The translations under genes and the position numbers were made by a program. 64,000 nucleotides of DNA from an uncultured virus (IMG/VR IMGVR_UViG_3300020043_002236) (Duplodnaviria; Heunggongvirae; Uroviricota; Caudoviricetes; Crassvirales). The notes beneath the pieces were generated by a model. It was not told where the DNA came from and did not search any database. It saw nothing but the letters and a program-made list of their open reading frames with translations. The DNA is taken from the IMG/VR virus record IMGVR_UViG_3300020043_002236, positions 1-64,000 of that record, one strand, 5' to 3'. Positions 9,421-17,474 of this stretch are shown here, in pieces (the stretch's first letter is position 1; each line of letters begins with the position of its first letter).

Positions 9421-9711
9421 TTACTTAATTTCATCTAAAGAATAACTACTTAATACGGCATCCCTAACTTCCTCGTAAGAAGCAATGTCAGTACTTGAAC
9501 CAAGACAAGGTATACTATCCAATGCTTCTTCAAGTGCTTTTTTAACGTGAAATTTAGCAAATTCAATTCTAAGTTTGTTTTCCATTTCTTTGGCTACTTG
9601 TTCTCTTTCACATAAAAAATCAATTAAATTAGCTGATAATTCATCTCCTGCATCTCTTGAAGATTTTGATAACGCTTTAAATTCATTGAATAATAATTCT
9701 ACTGCTGTCAT
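9421..9711 (-). CDS. MTAVE-family hypothetical protein
   Basis: MTAVE start, AKEME motif, IEFAKFHV. Confidence 0.7.
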   Translation of the reverse strand: MTAVELLFNEFKALSKSSRDAGDELSANLIDFLCEREQVAKEMENKLRIEFAKFHVKKALEEALDSIPCLGSSTDIASYEEVRDAVLSSYSLDEIK

Positions 9712-9756
9712 ATCTTATTTGTTTTTAAATTTTAAGTTACCGTTCTTTTATTATTT

Positions 9757-10026
9757 TTATCCTTTTTTTACTTGTTTGGCAACTAAGTTACCTGATAATC
9801 TTTGTTCTAATTTATCCAATCTAGAATCTATTGTTGAGTTCAATGTTTCCTCTGTAGAGCCTATTCTATAATGAATATTTTGTACTTCTTGTGTTACAGT
9901 ACTTACTGTTTCTGCTGTTACTTGTTTTAATAATTTTACTTGTTTTACTAACTTAGACACAACTACAACTCCTATTACAATAAGAACCGTACCTGCACCT
10001 AAACCAAATGTTATAAGTGTTTCCAT
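9757..10026 (-). CDS. N-terminal TM plus coiled-coil protein, flanked by inverted repeats
   Basis: Hydrophobic N-terminus; IDSRLDKLE heptads; IRs at 9728-9748 and 10048-10069. Confidence 0.7.
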   Translation of the reverse strand: METLITFGLGAGTVLIVIGVVVVSKLVKQVKLLKQVTAETVSTVTQEVQNIHYRIGSTEETLNSTIDSRLDKLEQRLSGNLVAKQVKKG

Positions 10027-10076
10027 AATGATTTTTGTTTTAATTTCAAAGAACGGTAATCTTAAAATTATTTTTT

Positions 10077-10286
10077 TTAAATAGTTTCTATTTTTTCAGC
10101 TCCTTCTTGATACATTGGAGATGATACTATCACGTGTATTTGGTTTTTGCCTAAATCACCATTGCAATGAGGACAACATTTATTTTCTAACATTTCAATA
10201 ATAACTTCAGGCGAATTTGATTCGCCAATTATTTTAGCAGGTTTACCTCTCCATAATAAGTATTGACCTAATTTGCCTTGTTTCAT
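10077..10286 (-). CDS. Small Cys-containing protein
   Basis: CPHC motif; starts at a junction motif. Confidence 0.65.
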   Translation of the reverse strand: MKQGKLGQYLLWRGKPAKIIGESNSPEVIIEMLENKCCPHCNGDLGKNQIHVIVSSPMYQEGAEKIETI

Positions 10287-10439
10287 ATCTTATTTGTTTT
10301 TAAATTGTTTCTTTTATTAATTCTATTATTAATCTAACTAAAGCTATTACTATTGCTGTTGTTATTAATGTTGCTATAATATAGTATGACGTATCTAAAA
10401 TTGTTTCTAATATCATCTTATTTGTTTTTATTAAACATG

Positions 10440-10817
10440 TTATTTAAGTTTTAAAATTTCTGTGTACTTGTTCATGATATACGTTCTGTGTGACTTCATC
10501 GAGTGGTAGTGCTTCTGATTGTTACGATTAGTTAGCTCTGTCCTGATTTTATTCTGTATACCATTTAGTGAGCAGTTGTAGTTGAATATACATAGGTTGT
10601 ATACACCCATTCTAAATCCGTGGTTATAGAATACCTCGTACTGATCTTCAGAGATCTCTGTATACTCGTCACCTGGGATTTTAGTATTGTATATCGCAAT
10701 ATGACCCTCTCTATTCTCTATCTTTATACCCTTGTAGATATACGATACAGATACTGGAGTTACTAACCTCTTGGCTAGTGAATCCATCTTTGCCTGATTA
10801 AAAATTTCTTCTTTCAT
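10440..10817 (-). CDS. Hypothetical protein, probably leaderless mRNA
   Basis: 125 aa ORF; TACATTTG lies 4 nt before the ATG. Confidence 0.7.
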   Translation of the reverse strand: MKEEIFNQAKMDSLAKRLVTPVSVSYIYKGIKIENREGHIAIYNTKIPGDEYTEISEDQYEVFYNHGFRMGVYNLCIFNYNCSLNGIQNKIRTELTNRNNQKHYHSMKSHRTYIMNKYTEILKLK

Positions 10818-10821
10818 GTGG

Positions 10822-10829
10822 CAAATGTA
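10822..10829 (-). promoter_or_regulatory. Bacteroidota sigma-70 -7 element
   Basis: TACATTTG matches TAnnTTTG. Confidence 0.65.
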
Positions 10830-10986
10830 TAATTATAAAAGATAAATTCCTAATTTTTTTCCCATTCTTTTTTAAGTTTTTCCTTTATTAATATTAATTT
10901 ATTAATGGAGTACGTGTTGTATCTGACCTGCAGTACCGCTATGACTATATCTAGATCGTTTATTATTTCTCTTTGCTCTTCTGTCA

Positions 10987-11448
10987 TTATAGTAGTGGCT
11001 TAGCTTGTTCAATTAATTCTCTAAAGTTTTCAAAAAATAAATTTCTTATTTCTTCGTCTTTGAATGATAGGAAGGTTCTAGAGTTTTGTAACCTTTCTTT
11101 TCTAATATAGTTTCCAATGAAATAAATACAATATTTAAATTCATCATCGTTCCAATTAGGATTCCACCCATCATTATATACCTTCATTAACTGACTTAGC
11201 TGAGCTATTGCAACGGCTGCTTCAGCTTGTTCTTTTGTGGCAAAAACGTTTGTGTTTTCGTCTGTAGCACTAACACTTGATTGATTTACTCTTGAATTGC
11301 TTTGAATATAATACCCATGTACCCTATCTAACTCCTCCCAATTTTTAGGGAGTCTTTTTTTAATCTCTTTAAATACAATACTTTCAAATGTACTTTTTTC
11401 CTTGTCAATTTCGTATCCTTGTGGGATTTCAATTTTTAATGTCTTCAT
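10987..11448 (-). CDS. Hypothetical protein
   Basis: 153 aa ORF (IEIPQGYEIDKEKST, LPKNWEEL, YNDGWNPNW). Confidence 0.7.
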   Translation of the reverse strand: MKTLKIEIPQGYEIDKEKSTFESIVFKEIKKRLPKNWEELDRVHGYYIQSNSRVNQSSVSATDENTNVFATKEQAEAAVAIAQLSQLMKVYNDGWNPNWNDDEFKYCIYFIGNYIRKERLQNSRTFLSFKDEEIRNLFFENFRELIEQAKPLL

Positions 11449-11450
11449 AA

Positions 11451-11687
11451 TTAAAATAATCTTTTGATTTGTGAGTTATCCATAGATAGAACGCTAGTTA
11501 ATGCGTTGTCCATGTCGTCGTTGGTACTTAAAATTTTGAAGAGAACGTTAACCTTTCTTTCGGTTAGTCGTTTGCCCTGTGAGAAACTCTTCACTCTCAT
11601 CAATGTCTCTTGAAACTTGTTGTGCTCGTCTGGGGTAGTCAAGGTCTCTCCTTGATCGTTTACCCATCTTCCGTTAATTACTTTCAT
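11451..11687 (-). CDS. Hypothetical protein
   Basis: 78 aa ORF. Confidence 0.65.
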   Translation of the reverse strand: MKVINGRWVNDQGETLTTPDEHNKFQETLMRVKSFSQGKRLTERKVNVLFKILSTNDDMDNALTSVLSMDNSQIKRLF

Positions 11688-11792
11688 ATCTTATTTTTTT
11701 TATTTCTTCCTTTCTTGTATTTGCCGTATTGTCATAACTACGACCTTACCTGCTATATATCCAAGTAATAACCCTATAATAAATTCCATCTC

Positions 11793-12005
11793 TTATTTGT
11801 TTTTAAATCCAATGTAAATACTATCTTTAACAGAATATACAATTAATGTATCTCCTGGTTTTGCTATTTGTATTTCTTCAGGGTATGATATTGGTTTGCC
11901 TGAATTATAATCAAAGTTCTTTAATTTATCTACTAAAATAATTGTTAAAATCATTACTAATATAATTCCTATTATCATTGTAAAAAAATACATAATGTTT
12001 TTCAT
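11793..12005 (-). CDS. Small membrane-anchored protein ending FKNK
   Basis: N-terminal TM; stop codon inside a junction motif. Confidence 0.65.
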   Translation of the reverse strand: MKNIMYFFTMIIGIILVMILTIILVDKLKNFDYNSGKPISYPEEIQIAKPGDTLIVYSVKDSIYIGFKNK

Positions 12006-12009
12006 GTTG

Positions 12010-12333
12010 TTATTTGTTTAAAAAATTATTAATCTGATCAAATAACCAACCTGTTAAATAGGCTTCAGGCTCATCGTTATACCTATCAAGTTCCATTGCG
12101 CAGTCTACATATATTTGATTCTTTAAATGAACTATTTCGTGTGCTATGTTACTTAAGTGAGTTGCGTCTGTAAACCCTGTAACGTAGTGTCTATCTTCAT
12201 CTTTTAGTGTAACTGCTCCAAAGTCAGACAGAGACTCTGTCTTATATTTCTTTTCAACATAAGACAAGTCCTTATCTAAAATAATAGTTAACTTACAGCA
12301 ATAGATTGGTATATCTATAGTGGTCTTTATCAT
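12010..12333 (-). CDS. Small zincin-like (HExxH) protein
   Basis: IAHEIVH...DEPEAYLTGW. Confidence 0.65.
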   Translation of the reverse strand: MIKTTIDIPIYCCKLTIILDKDLSYVEKKYKTESLSDFGAVTLKDEDRHYVTGFTDATHLSNIAHEIVHLKNQIYVDCAMELDRYNDEPEAYLTGWLFDQINNFLNK

Positions 12334-12342
12334 TATTTATTT

Positions 12343-12564
12343 TTAAATTAATTTTGAATATTCATATAACACTTTCATTTTATCATATAAATCAATTTTG
12401 GCTGATAAATCTGGACGAACAAATTTTAAAGTGCCTTTCATTTCTTCAATTGTACTGTCAGGATAATCATCCAGCTCCTCTTGTAATATTTCGTAAAATC
12501 TAACGTATTTACCGTTGATGGAAGTGTCCTGTATAATTTCATTTAATAAATCTTGAGTTATCAT
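12343..12564 (-). CDS. Hypothetical protein
   Basis: 73 aa ORF starting at a junction motif. Confidence 0.6.
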   Translation of the reverse strand: MITQDLLNEIIQDTSINGKYVRFYEILQEELDDYPDSTIEEMKGTLKFVRPDLSAKIDLYDKMKVLYEYSKLI

Positions 12565-12567
12565 ATC

Positions 12568-13593
12568 TTATTTGTTTTTAAATTGTTCAAACCATTTTTT
12601 TATAGTTCCAATGCTATTTAATTTACCTTCATTTACTGATAAATAATTATATTCAATTAAAATTTCAATAATATCTTCCTCACTATACATTTCTTTGTCT
12701 TTTTCTTTTTGATTCTTTAATAATTTAATCTCTCTTTTAAGAGCATCAATCTCAAAATGTAAAGCGTTTATATTTTGCATACCCAAAACTATTCTTTCAA
12801 TCTCTTGCATTTCGCTTTGTAATGCAGTAACACCTAAATCGTGTAAATAATTAAATAACTCTTGCTGATACATCCCTACTTCTTCAAGTGTTTCTTGTTC
12901 ACATAAATCTTTAGCTTCTTGCTCGACTTGCTTATCTATTTCTGGGTCGCCATTCTTTTCAAGCCAGTTATCAATAATGTTTTGTTTAGGAAATTCTTGT
13001 TTAGGTTCTGATAAAATACCTATTGATGCTTTTATATGACAATCTTCTGCACTTACACAACATTCATCATCACATTGTTTTTTTGTCTTTGGACAAATAT
13101 AACCTTCTTGTTTAGCTTCTTCTTTTGGAATGATTATTTCGTATTCATAATAACCTTCTTCGTGGTACTGCATTGATATATCTTGAACTTCAACCCACTC
13201 ACAACTCGGATTCTTAACAAACCATTCAAGGAACTCATCATCAATAGCTTGTACGCCATCTTTGATTAAGTCTTGGTCTGTTGTTAGGATAATTTTTTTA
13301 TATCTTTCTTGTAATGAATAATAATCTCCAACAACTTCTCCGATACCATTATTTATTATATGATACCCATCTTGGTCTAATATAACTTTTAATGGAAACA
13401 TAAATTTTTGGTATATAACCCAATCCCCTTCTTTAATTTCTTCATCAGAAGTGATGTAGATGTGTTTTTTATTTTCATCATTAATTTCGTATATAAAATT
13501 AATAGAAAGAAAAAGTTGTCCACATTCGTGTACCCTTAATCTACTCGGTTTCTCTGTTGGTAATACGTGTATGTTCTTACTTTTCACACTCAT
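12568..13593 (-). CDS. Modular hypothetical protein ending WFEQFKNK
   Basis: 341 aa ORF with recurring KQE-type linkers and a Cys-rich insert. Confidence 0.75.
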   Translation of the reverse strand: MSVKSKNIHVLPTEKPSRLRVHECGQLFLSINFIYEINDENKKHIYITSDEEIKEGDWVIYQKFMFPLKVILDQDGYHIINNGIGEVVGDYYSLQERYKKIILTTDQDLIKDGVQAIDDEFLEWFVKNPSCEWVEVQDISMQYHEEGYYEYEIIIPKEEAKQEGYICPKTKKQCDDECCVSAEDCHIKASIGILSEPKQEFPKQNIIDNWLEKNGDPEIDKQVEQEAKDLCEQETLEEVGMYQQELFNYLHDLGVTALQSEMQEIERIVLGMQNINALHFEIDALKREIKLLKNQKEKDKEMYSEEDIIEILIEYNYLSVNEGKLNSIGTIKKWFEQFKNK

Positions 13594-13739
13594 TATAAAT
13601 AGTTATTTTGTCGTCGATCGACATGTTATACCATAAGTTAATAATTTCCTGATCTGGATCGTCCACCCCGTATAGTTTACAAAGTTCTTGTCGTCCCAGT
13701 GTCTTGTACCAAGTGTCTAGCTTGTTCTGTACTGCCTCT

Positions 13740-13925
13740 TTATATGTTGCCATTTTTTATTTCGTATTTAATTAGTGCAAAAATTATGTTCTGTCTTGTT
13801 AGTCTCTTAGCGTCTTCCCAGTTAAGGTTGTTATCCTTCATCTCGTACTTGGCTAGTTGACCAAATTTTTTATTGTACTCGCGCTCTCTGTCAAGGTAGT
13901 TCTTGATGTTTACTTTTCTTCTCAT
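13740..13925 (-). CDS. Hypothetical protein
   Basis: 61 aa ORF. Confidence 0.55.
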   Translation of the reverse strand: MRRKVNIKNYLDREREYNKKFGQLAKYEMKDNNLNWEDAKRLTRQNIIFALIKYEIKNGNI

Positions 13926-14106
13926 CTATTAAATAATTAATGTAGTTATAAATTTCTATTTCACGTTCGGTGCTGACTATCATAGTTGCTACCGTATCGG
14001 AATCTATTATCCCGTTGCCATTAAGGAAGTCGTCGTATAGACTCCTTAGTTCTCTGTTAAGACACTCTAGTTTAGAGGATATCTTTATACTGGCCTCATG
14101 TTGCAT
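13891..14106 (-). CDS. Hypothetical protein
   Basis: 71 aa ORF. Confidence 0.55.
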   Translation of the reverse strand: MQHEASIKISSKLECLNRELRSLYDDFLNGNGIIDSDTVATMIVSTEREIEIYNYINYLIDEKKSKHQELP

Positions 14107-14270
14107 AGTAGTGATATTACTATTACTGTTTCTATTATTGAAAATAGTACTATTACTATTCCGAAAGGATCGTCCTTTGTGTTTCGTATGCCCCAGTTGG
14201 ATAGGTGTGTTAGTACTGTGTGTAGTAGTATTACTACCGCTACTGCTACTGCTAGTGGTATCTGTATCAT
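14085..14270 (-). CDS. Small two-TM protein
   Basis: Two hydrophobic segments. Confidence 0.55.
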   Translation of the reverse strand: MIQIPLAVAVAVVILLHTVLTHLSNWGIRNTKDDPFGIVIVLFSIIETVIVISLLCNMRPV

Positions 14271-14367
14271 AATTTTATTTCTTTTTAAGTTCTTTTAAAA
14301 TTTGCGTTAATAAATATATAACTATGCATATATTAAACGATATTCCAATTACTACTATTTCCATGTG

Positions 14368-14592
14368 TTATTTGTTTTTAAATGTCTCTAAAAATTCTTC
14401 GAGTTTCATTAAATCAGCTAATGATAATGAACTCAATTCGTTTAATTTGCTAATTACACCATCTTTTTGTATTATAGCTCTAAGTCTATCGGTATGCTCT
14501 TTATCTAATTTTCTATCTTCTAATTCAGATATTAAACCATAAGTACTAACTTCGTCTATATAATCTTCTATGTCGATGTCTATTCTTGCCAT
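14368..14592 (-). CDS. Acidic mini-protein ending FKNK
   Basis: ORF bounded by junction motifs at both ends. Confidence 0.7.
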   Translation of the reverse strand: MARIDIDIEDYIDEVSTYGLISELEDRKLDKEHTDRLRAIIQKDGVISKLNELSSLSLADLMKLEEFLETFKNK

Positions 14593-14595
14593 ATC

Positions 14596-14847
14596 TTATT
14601 TTTTTTTAAATGTTTCGTTGTAGTACTGTTCAAAAGAATCGTATTCCGTTTTTCCATCGGACATATAAGAACATCCTTCATTATATGCAAAATAACAAGC
14701 ATCAATAATCTGTTGCTTTTCCATTTCTTTGGCTTGTTTAAATAAATTAGGGATAAAGTCTTTATGTATCGGTACGTTATGAGTCCACATATTAAGATAT
14801 GCCTCGTTATACGCTTTTTCTATAAATTCTACTGCTGTTTGTTTCAT
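14596..14847 (-). CDS. MKQTAVE...EKQQIID...YYNETFKKK family protein
   Basis: Paralogue of 8595..8831. Confidence 0.75.
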   Translation of the reverse strand: MKQTAVEFIEKAYNEAYLNMWTHNVPIHKDFIPNLFKQAKEMEKQQIIDACYFAYNEGCSYMSDGKTEYDSFEQYYNETFKKK

Positions 14848-15047
14848 AACTTTTCTATTTCTTGTTTAAGTTCTTGCCAATATATAAATTCTTTATTTGG
14901 GAATTCAAAATTGTGCCAATCAATAGCGTCTAATATCTCATCAACTGCTATTAATGCACATTGTTTAGCTTGTTCAAATGCTAATGGATTCGGTTGAAAT
15001 TGCATCTTAATTACAATCTCTCTGGCTTTTATTTGGTGTTCGTTCAT
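14844..15047 (-). CDS. AKQCALIAVDEIL...KQEIEKL family protein
   Basis: Paralogue of 63482..63700 and 63697..63945. Confidence 0.75.
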   Translation of the reverse strand: MNEHQIKAREIVIKMQFQPNPLAFEQAKQCALIAVDEILDAIDWHNFEFPNKEFIYWQELKQEIEKL

Positions 15048-15340
15048 AGGTATAGTATTGCTTCGTCTTCGTTAATATCCTCGTCTTGTATCTCTAGTCT
15101 TAAGTTGTCTTGGTCTAGTATGGTTAGGAAGAATGTCCATGAGTTACCAGTCTTCCTTGCCCTAGTTGGAAACTTTTTTGATTCTAGTGTAGGTCTCTTA
15201 AATACAACCTTATTATCGTATACCTTGTACACAAATTCTTGATTGAACCAGTCGTTACTGATACTCACATTAAATCTGTACGGACATGTTGTGCTGTTAG
15301 GGTACAGCCTAACCTCGTTTTGCTTTATCGGTGTTCTCAT
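15044..15340 (-). CDS. Hypothetical protein
   Basis: 98 aa ORF, ATGA-coupled. Confidence 0.6.
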   Translation of the reverse strand: MRTPIKQNEVRLYPNSTTCPYRFNVSISNDWFNQEFVYKVYDNKVVFKRPTLESKKFPTRARKTGNSWTFFLTILDQDNLRLEIQDEDINEDEAILYL

Positions 15341-15549
15341 AACTTGCTTGTTTTTATAAATCCAATCTCTACTCCAATCTGAACGTCATCCCAGTTCAGT
15401 GCGTCTTCAAGGTCTTGTCTTGTTACTATCTGTGATTCACTCTCATCATCGCGAAGGGCAAAGATTGTTTTGCCATCGTGAAAGTATTGTATTGCATCGT
15501 GATAGCTTAGTATCTGCCATGCAAATCCGTCCTGTGTTATTTTTTCCAT
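15337..15549 (-). CDS. Hypothetical protein
   Basis: 70 aa ORF. Confidence 0.6.
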   Translation of the reverse strand: MEKITQDGFAWQILSYHDAIQYFHDGKTIFALRDDESESQIVTRQDLEDALNWDDVQIGVEIGFIKTSKL

Positions 15550-15630
15550 GTCTTTTTTATTTATTTACTACTACTACCATCATGGTAAAGAATACTGCCC
15601 ATAGCAGTATCACGTAGGCTATCTGTTTCT

Positions 15631-15912
15631 TCATAGTTCTGTTGCTTCTTTAATTAAATTTTCTGCTTCAATTAAATCTGATATATCTAAATCAGGTTGT
15701 ATTAATCTTTTGAGCATCTCCAACATTTCAGGAGCTTTTGATATTAGTAATGCGTTTGCTCTGAATTCTTCATCAGGCAATTCATCGCGCATATCTTGTC
15801 TTTTAGAGAACGCACAAATAACGGTGTCATCTCCTCCTGCACTGAAAACATAATGAGGAGTTGTTTTTATACAACAGCTCCACCACTTCCCTTTTGTTCC
15901 TTTAAATTCCAT
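15631..15912 (-). CDS. Phage hypothetical protein (FKGTKGKW...ANALLISKAPEML type)
   Basis: Common phage mini-protein pattern. Confidence 0.7.
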   Translation of the reverse strand: MEFKGTKGKWWSCCIKTTPHYVFSAGGDDTVICAFSKRQDMRDELPDEEFRANALLISKAPEMLEMLKRLIQPDLDISDLIEAENLIKEATEL

Positions 15913-15923
15913 ATCTTATTTGT

Positions 15924-16166
15924 TTAGTTATTAGGTACACAACAATTCGATGGGCATACTACTGCGCACTGCGGTGTATCGTGGAAGCCTACACATTCCG
16001 TGCACTTCTCCGCCACGATGTAGTATACATCGTCAGATAACGGCGCTTGTTTTACGTTGTCGTTCTTGTACGTCCATTGTGTACTTGGTTCGTATATTGC
16101 GTTGTTGGGACACTCCCACTCGCATAGTCCGCAGTTAATGCAACTATCTGTTATTTTGAGACTCAT
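15924..16166 (-). CDS. 2x[4Fe-4S] ferredoxin, YfhL-like
   Basis: CINCGLCEWECP and CTECVGFHDTPQCAVVCP. Confidence 0.92.
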   Translation of the reverse strand: MSLKITDSCINCGLCEWECPNNAIYEPSTQWTYKNDNVKQAPLSDDVYYIVAEKCTECVGFHDTPQCAVVCPSNCCVPNN

Positions 16167-16374
16167 ATTTTTGTCGTTCGATTAAAAGTTTTTCAGCTAT
16201 TTCGTAAGCGAATTCTGCTGATTCTTGTAACGTAGTTATATCTTGCCATAACGATGGGTTGCTTATTACCCCAGTAATTACTTGACCCGCGAAGTAGTCG
16301 CGTAGTGTCATGCCTGGATTGGACTTGTCGTCTGCGTGTTTTAATGGAAATGCTGTTGGGTTTTTAGTTTTCAT
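16144..16374 (-). CDS. Phage protein with AFP...GMTLRDYFA motif
   Basis: Widespread phage motif GMTLRDYFA. Confidence 0.75.
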   Translation of the reverse strand: MKTKNPTAFPLKHADDKSNPGMTLRDYFAGQVITGVISNPSLWQDITTLQESAEFAYEIAEKLLIERQKYESQNNR

Positions 16375-16768
16375 TGTTATAATATTTTATGAATTTGATT
16401 ACTGCGTTGTATGTTGCTTCTATTTTTGTTCTCTCGAATGTTTCCACAACTGGTAGTGGATATCTGTTGTCTACAATATTAACGGATGTCATTAGAATTT
16501 CAAAAACATATTGAGAAAATCCTTCTTTATCCTCTATCTCTTCTATCTTATCCACTGCTTGCATTAGCCAGTTCCAATCTAGATGAAATAGTAGTCGGTC
16601 TTCTGAGTGCCAGTCTCCACTTATGTAGTAGAATTTTTTCCGTCCCAAGTACCAATGATAGGAGTTCTCTATTAGCGTAGCTTCTATTGAGTCTATGCTT
16701 TTTGATGGGTAACCGATAAACTCGGCTATAAGTTTGTTGTTGTCTGCTATTGTGCACATAGTTCCCAA
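16364..16768 (-). CDS. Hypothetical protein
   Basis: NNKLIAEFIG...FHLDWNWLMQAVDKIE...AVIKFIKYYN. Confidence 0.7.
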   Translation of the reverse strand: MGTMCTIADNNKLIAEFIGYPSKSIDSIEATLIENSYHWYLGRKKFYYISGDWHSEDRLLFHLDWNWLMQAVDKIEEIEDKEGFSQYVFEILMTSVNIVDNRYPLPVVETFERTKIEATYNAVIKFIKYYNNEN

Positions 16769-17019
16769 GTATTAAGTTGTTTTACATTTTGTCGCGTCAA
16801 CCCCAGTTGGCTTACAATAAACTTGGCCAGTTTCTTGTTGCCTATTGTGTTGTTGTCAATCTCTGCCGTTCCAATTACATCAATGATTACTCTAGGCCCT
16901 ATACCTAAAACCCTTTGACAGAACTTTACGTCTTGGCCTAGGAAGAATTGTTTTCTGTTGTACTCTAGTGTCCAGTTGCGACCGAATCCGTAGTCGCCTT
17001 GTGTGATAATTACTCTCAT
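16747..17019 (-). CDS. Hypothetical protein (start revised to MRVIITQG)
   Basis: The track's 27-aa N-terminal extension lies in a tRNA-like element; A-rich leader before ATG 17019. Confidence 0.65.
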   Translation of the reverse strand: MRVIITQGDYGFGRNWTLEYNRKQFFLGQDVKFCQRVLGIGPRVIIDVIGTAEIDNNTIGNKKLAKFIVSQLGLTRQNVKQLNTWELCAQ

Positions 17020-17042
17020 GTTATTAATTAATTTAAGGTTAG

Positions 17043-17114
17043 TGAAGAGGGCAGGACCCGAACCTGCATTAAGATAGTATATTCTATCTTGCGTTACCAT
17101 TTCGCCACCTCTTC
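17043..17114 (-). ncRNA. tRNA-like RNA without a canonical anticodon loop
   Basis: Acceptor GAAGAGG/CCTCTTC, D-arm TGGCGAAATGGTAACGC, stem AGATAG-AATATA-CTATCT, T-arm GCAGG-TTCGGGT-CCTGC. Confidence 0.75.
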
Positions 17115-17263
17115 GTGTGCCAGTCTTTCCTAGCAGTCACTTATGTGTTGTTTTACGTCTTGAATTCAAATCTTTTCAATTCAGTGACCATACAAACGTA
17201 GCGATACAACCAACAACACGGCCTACATTTCAAAGTTGGAAAGGAGTTATGATGTATGGTCAC
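17115..17263 (-). ncRNA. Putative structured, pseudoknotted RNA abutting the tRNA-like element
   Basis: 11-bp stem 17184-17194/17253-17263; 8-bp pairing 17212-17219/17145-17152; terminal TGCTAG-GAAAGA-CTGGCA hairpin. Confidence 0.5.
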
Positions 17264-17474
17264 CTAGTCTTTTTATTGTTAGGTTGGTGCTTGTTTTAAT
17301 TCTCTCTAGCGTGTCCTCGTGCTTATCCTCGAACCACTTTGGTATATCTACAACTACTAGGTAGTCGTTAACTATCGTGTGCTCGAATGACTTCGGGATA
17401 AAGAACGGCTGACCACCATCGTCGATAGTCAGCGCGTTGTTAGATAGTTGTCTTGGGTATAGTTGTAGTGTCAT
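17247..17474 (-). CDS. Hypothetical protein
   Basis: 75 aa ORF (FFIPKS...IPKWF). Confidence 0.65.
   Translation of the reverse strand: MTLQLYPRQLSNNALTIDDGGQPFFIPKSFEHTIVNDYLVVVDIPKWFEDKHEDTLERIKTSTNLTIKRLGDHTS

Larger units (their letters stand above)
8589..15927 (-). repeat. Dispersed 22-bp gene-junction motif ATTTAAAAACAAATAAGATATG
   Basis: Exact copies start at 8589, 9025, 9709, 10284, 12562; near-exact at 8829, 11787, 14590, 14362, 9179; partial at 10414, 11685, 12003, 15910. Confidence 0.85.

Noticed and set aside
8589..15927. CRISPR array or classical integron
   Set aside because: Repeats are separated by whole genes of variable length, are not palindromic like attC sites, and no cas or integrase gene is present.
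17020..17100. N-terminal 27 aa of track ORF 16747..17100
   Set aside because: Overlaps the tRNA-like element; ATG 17019 has a typical A-rich leader.
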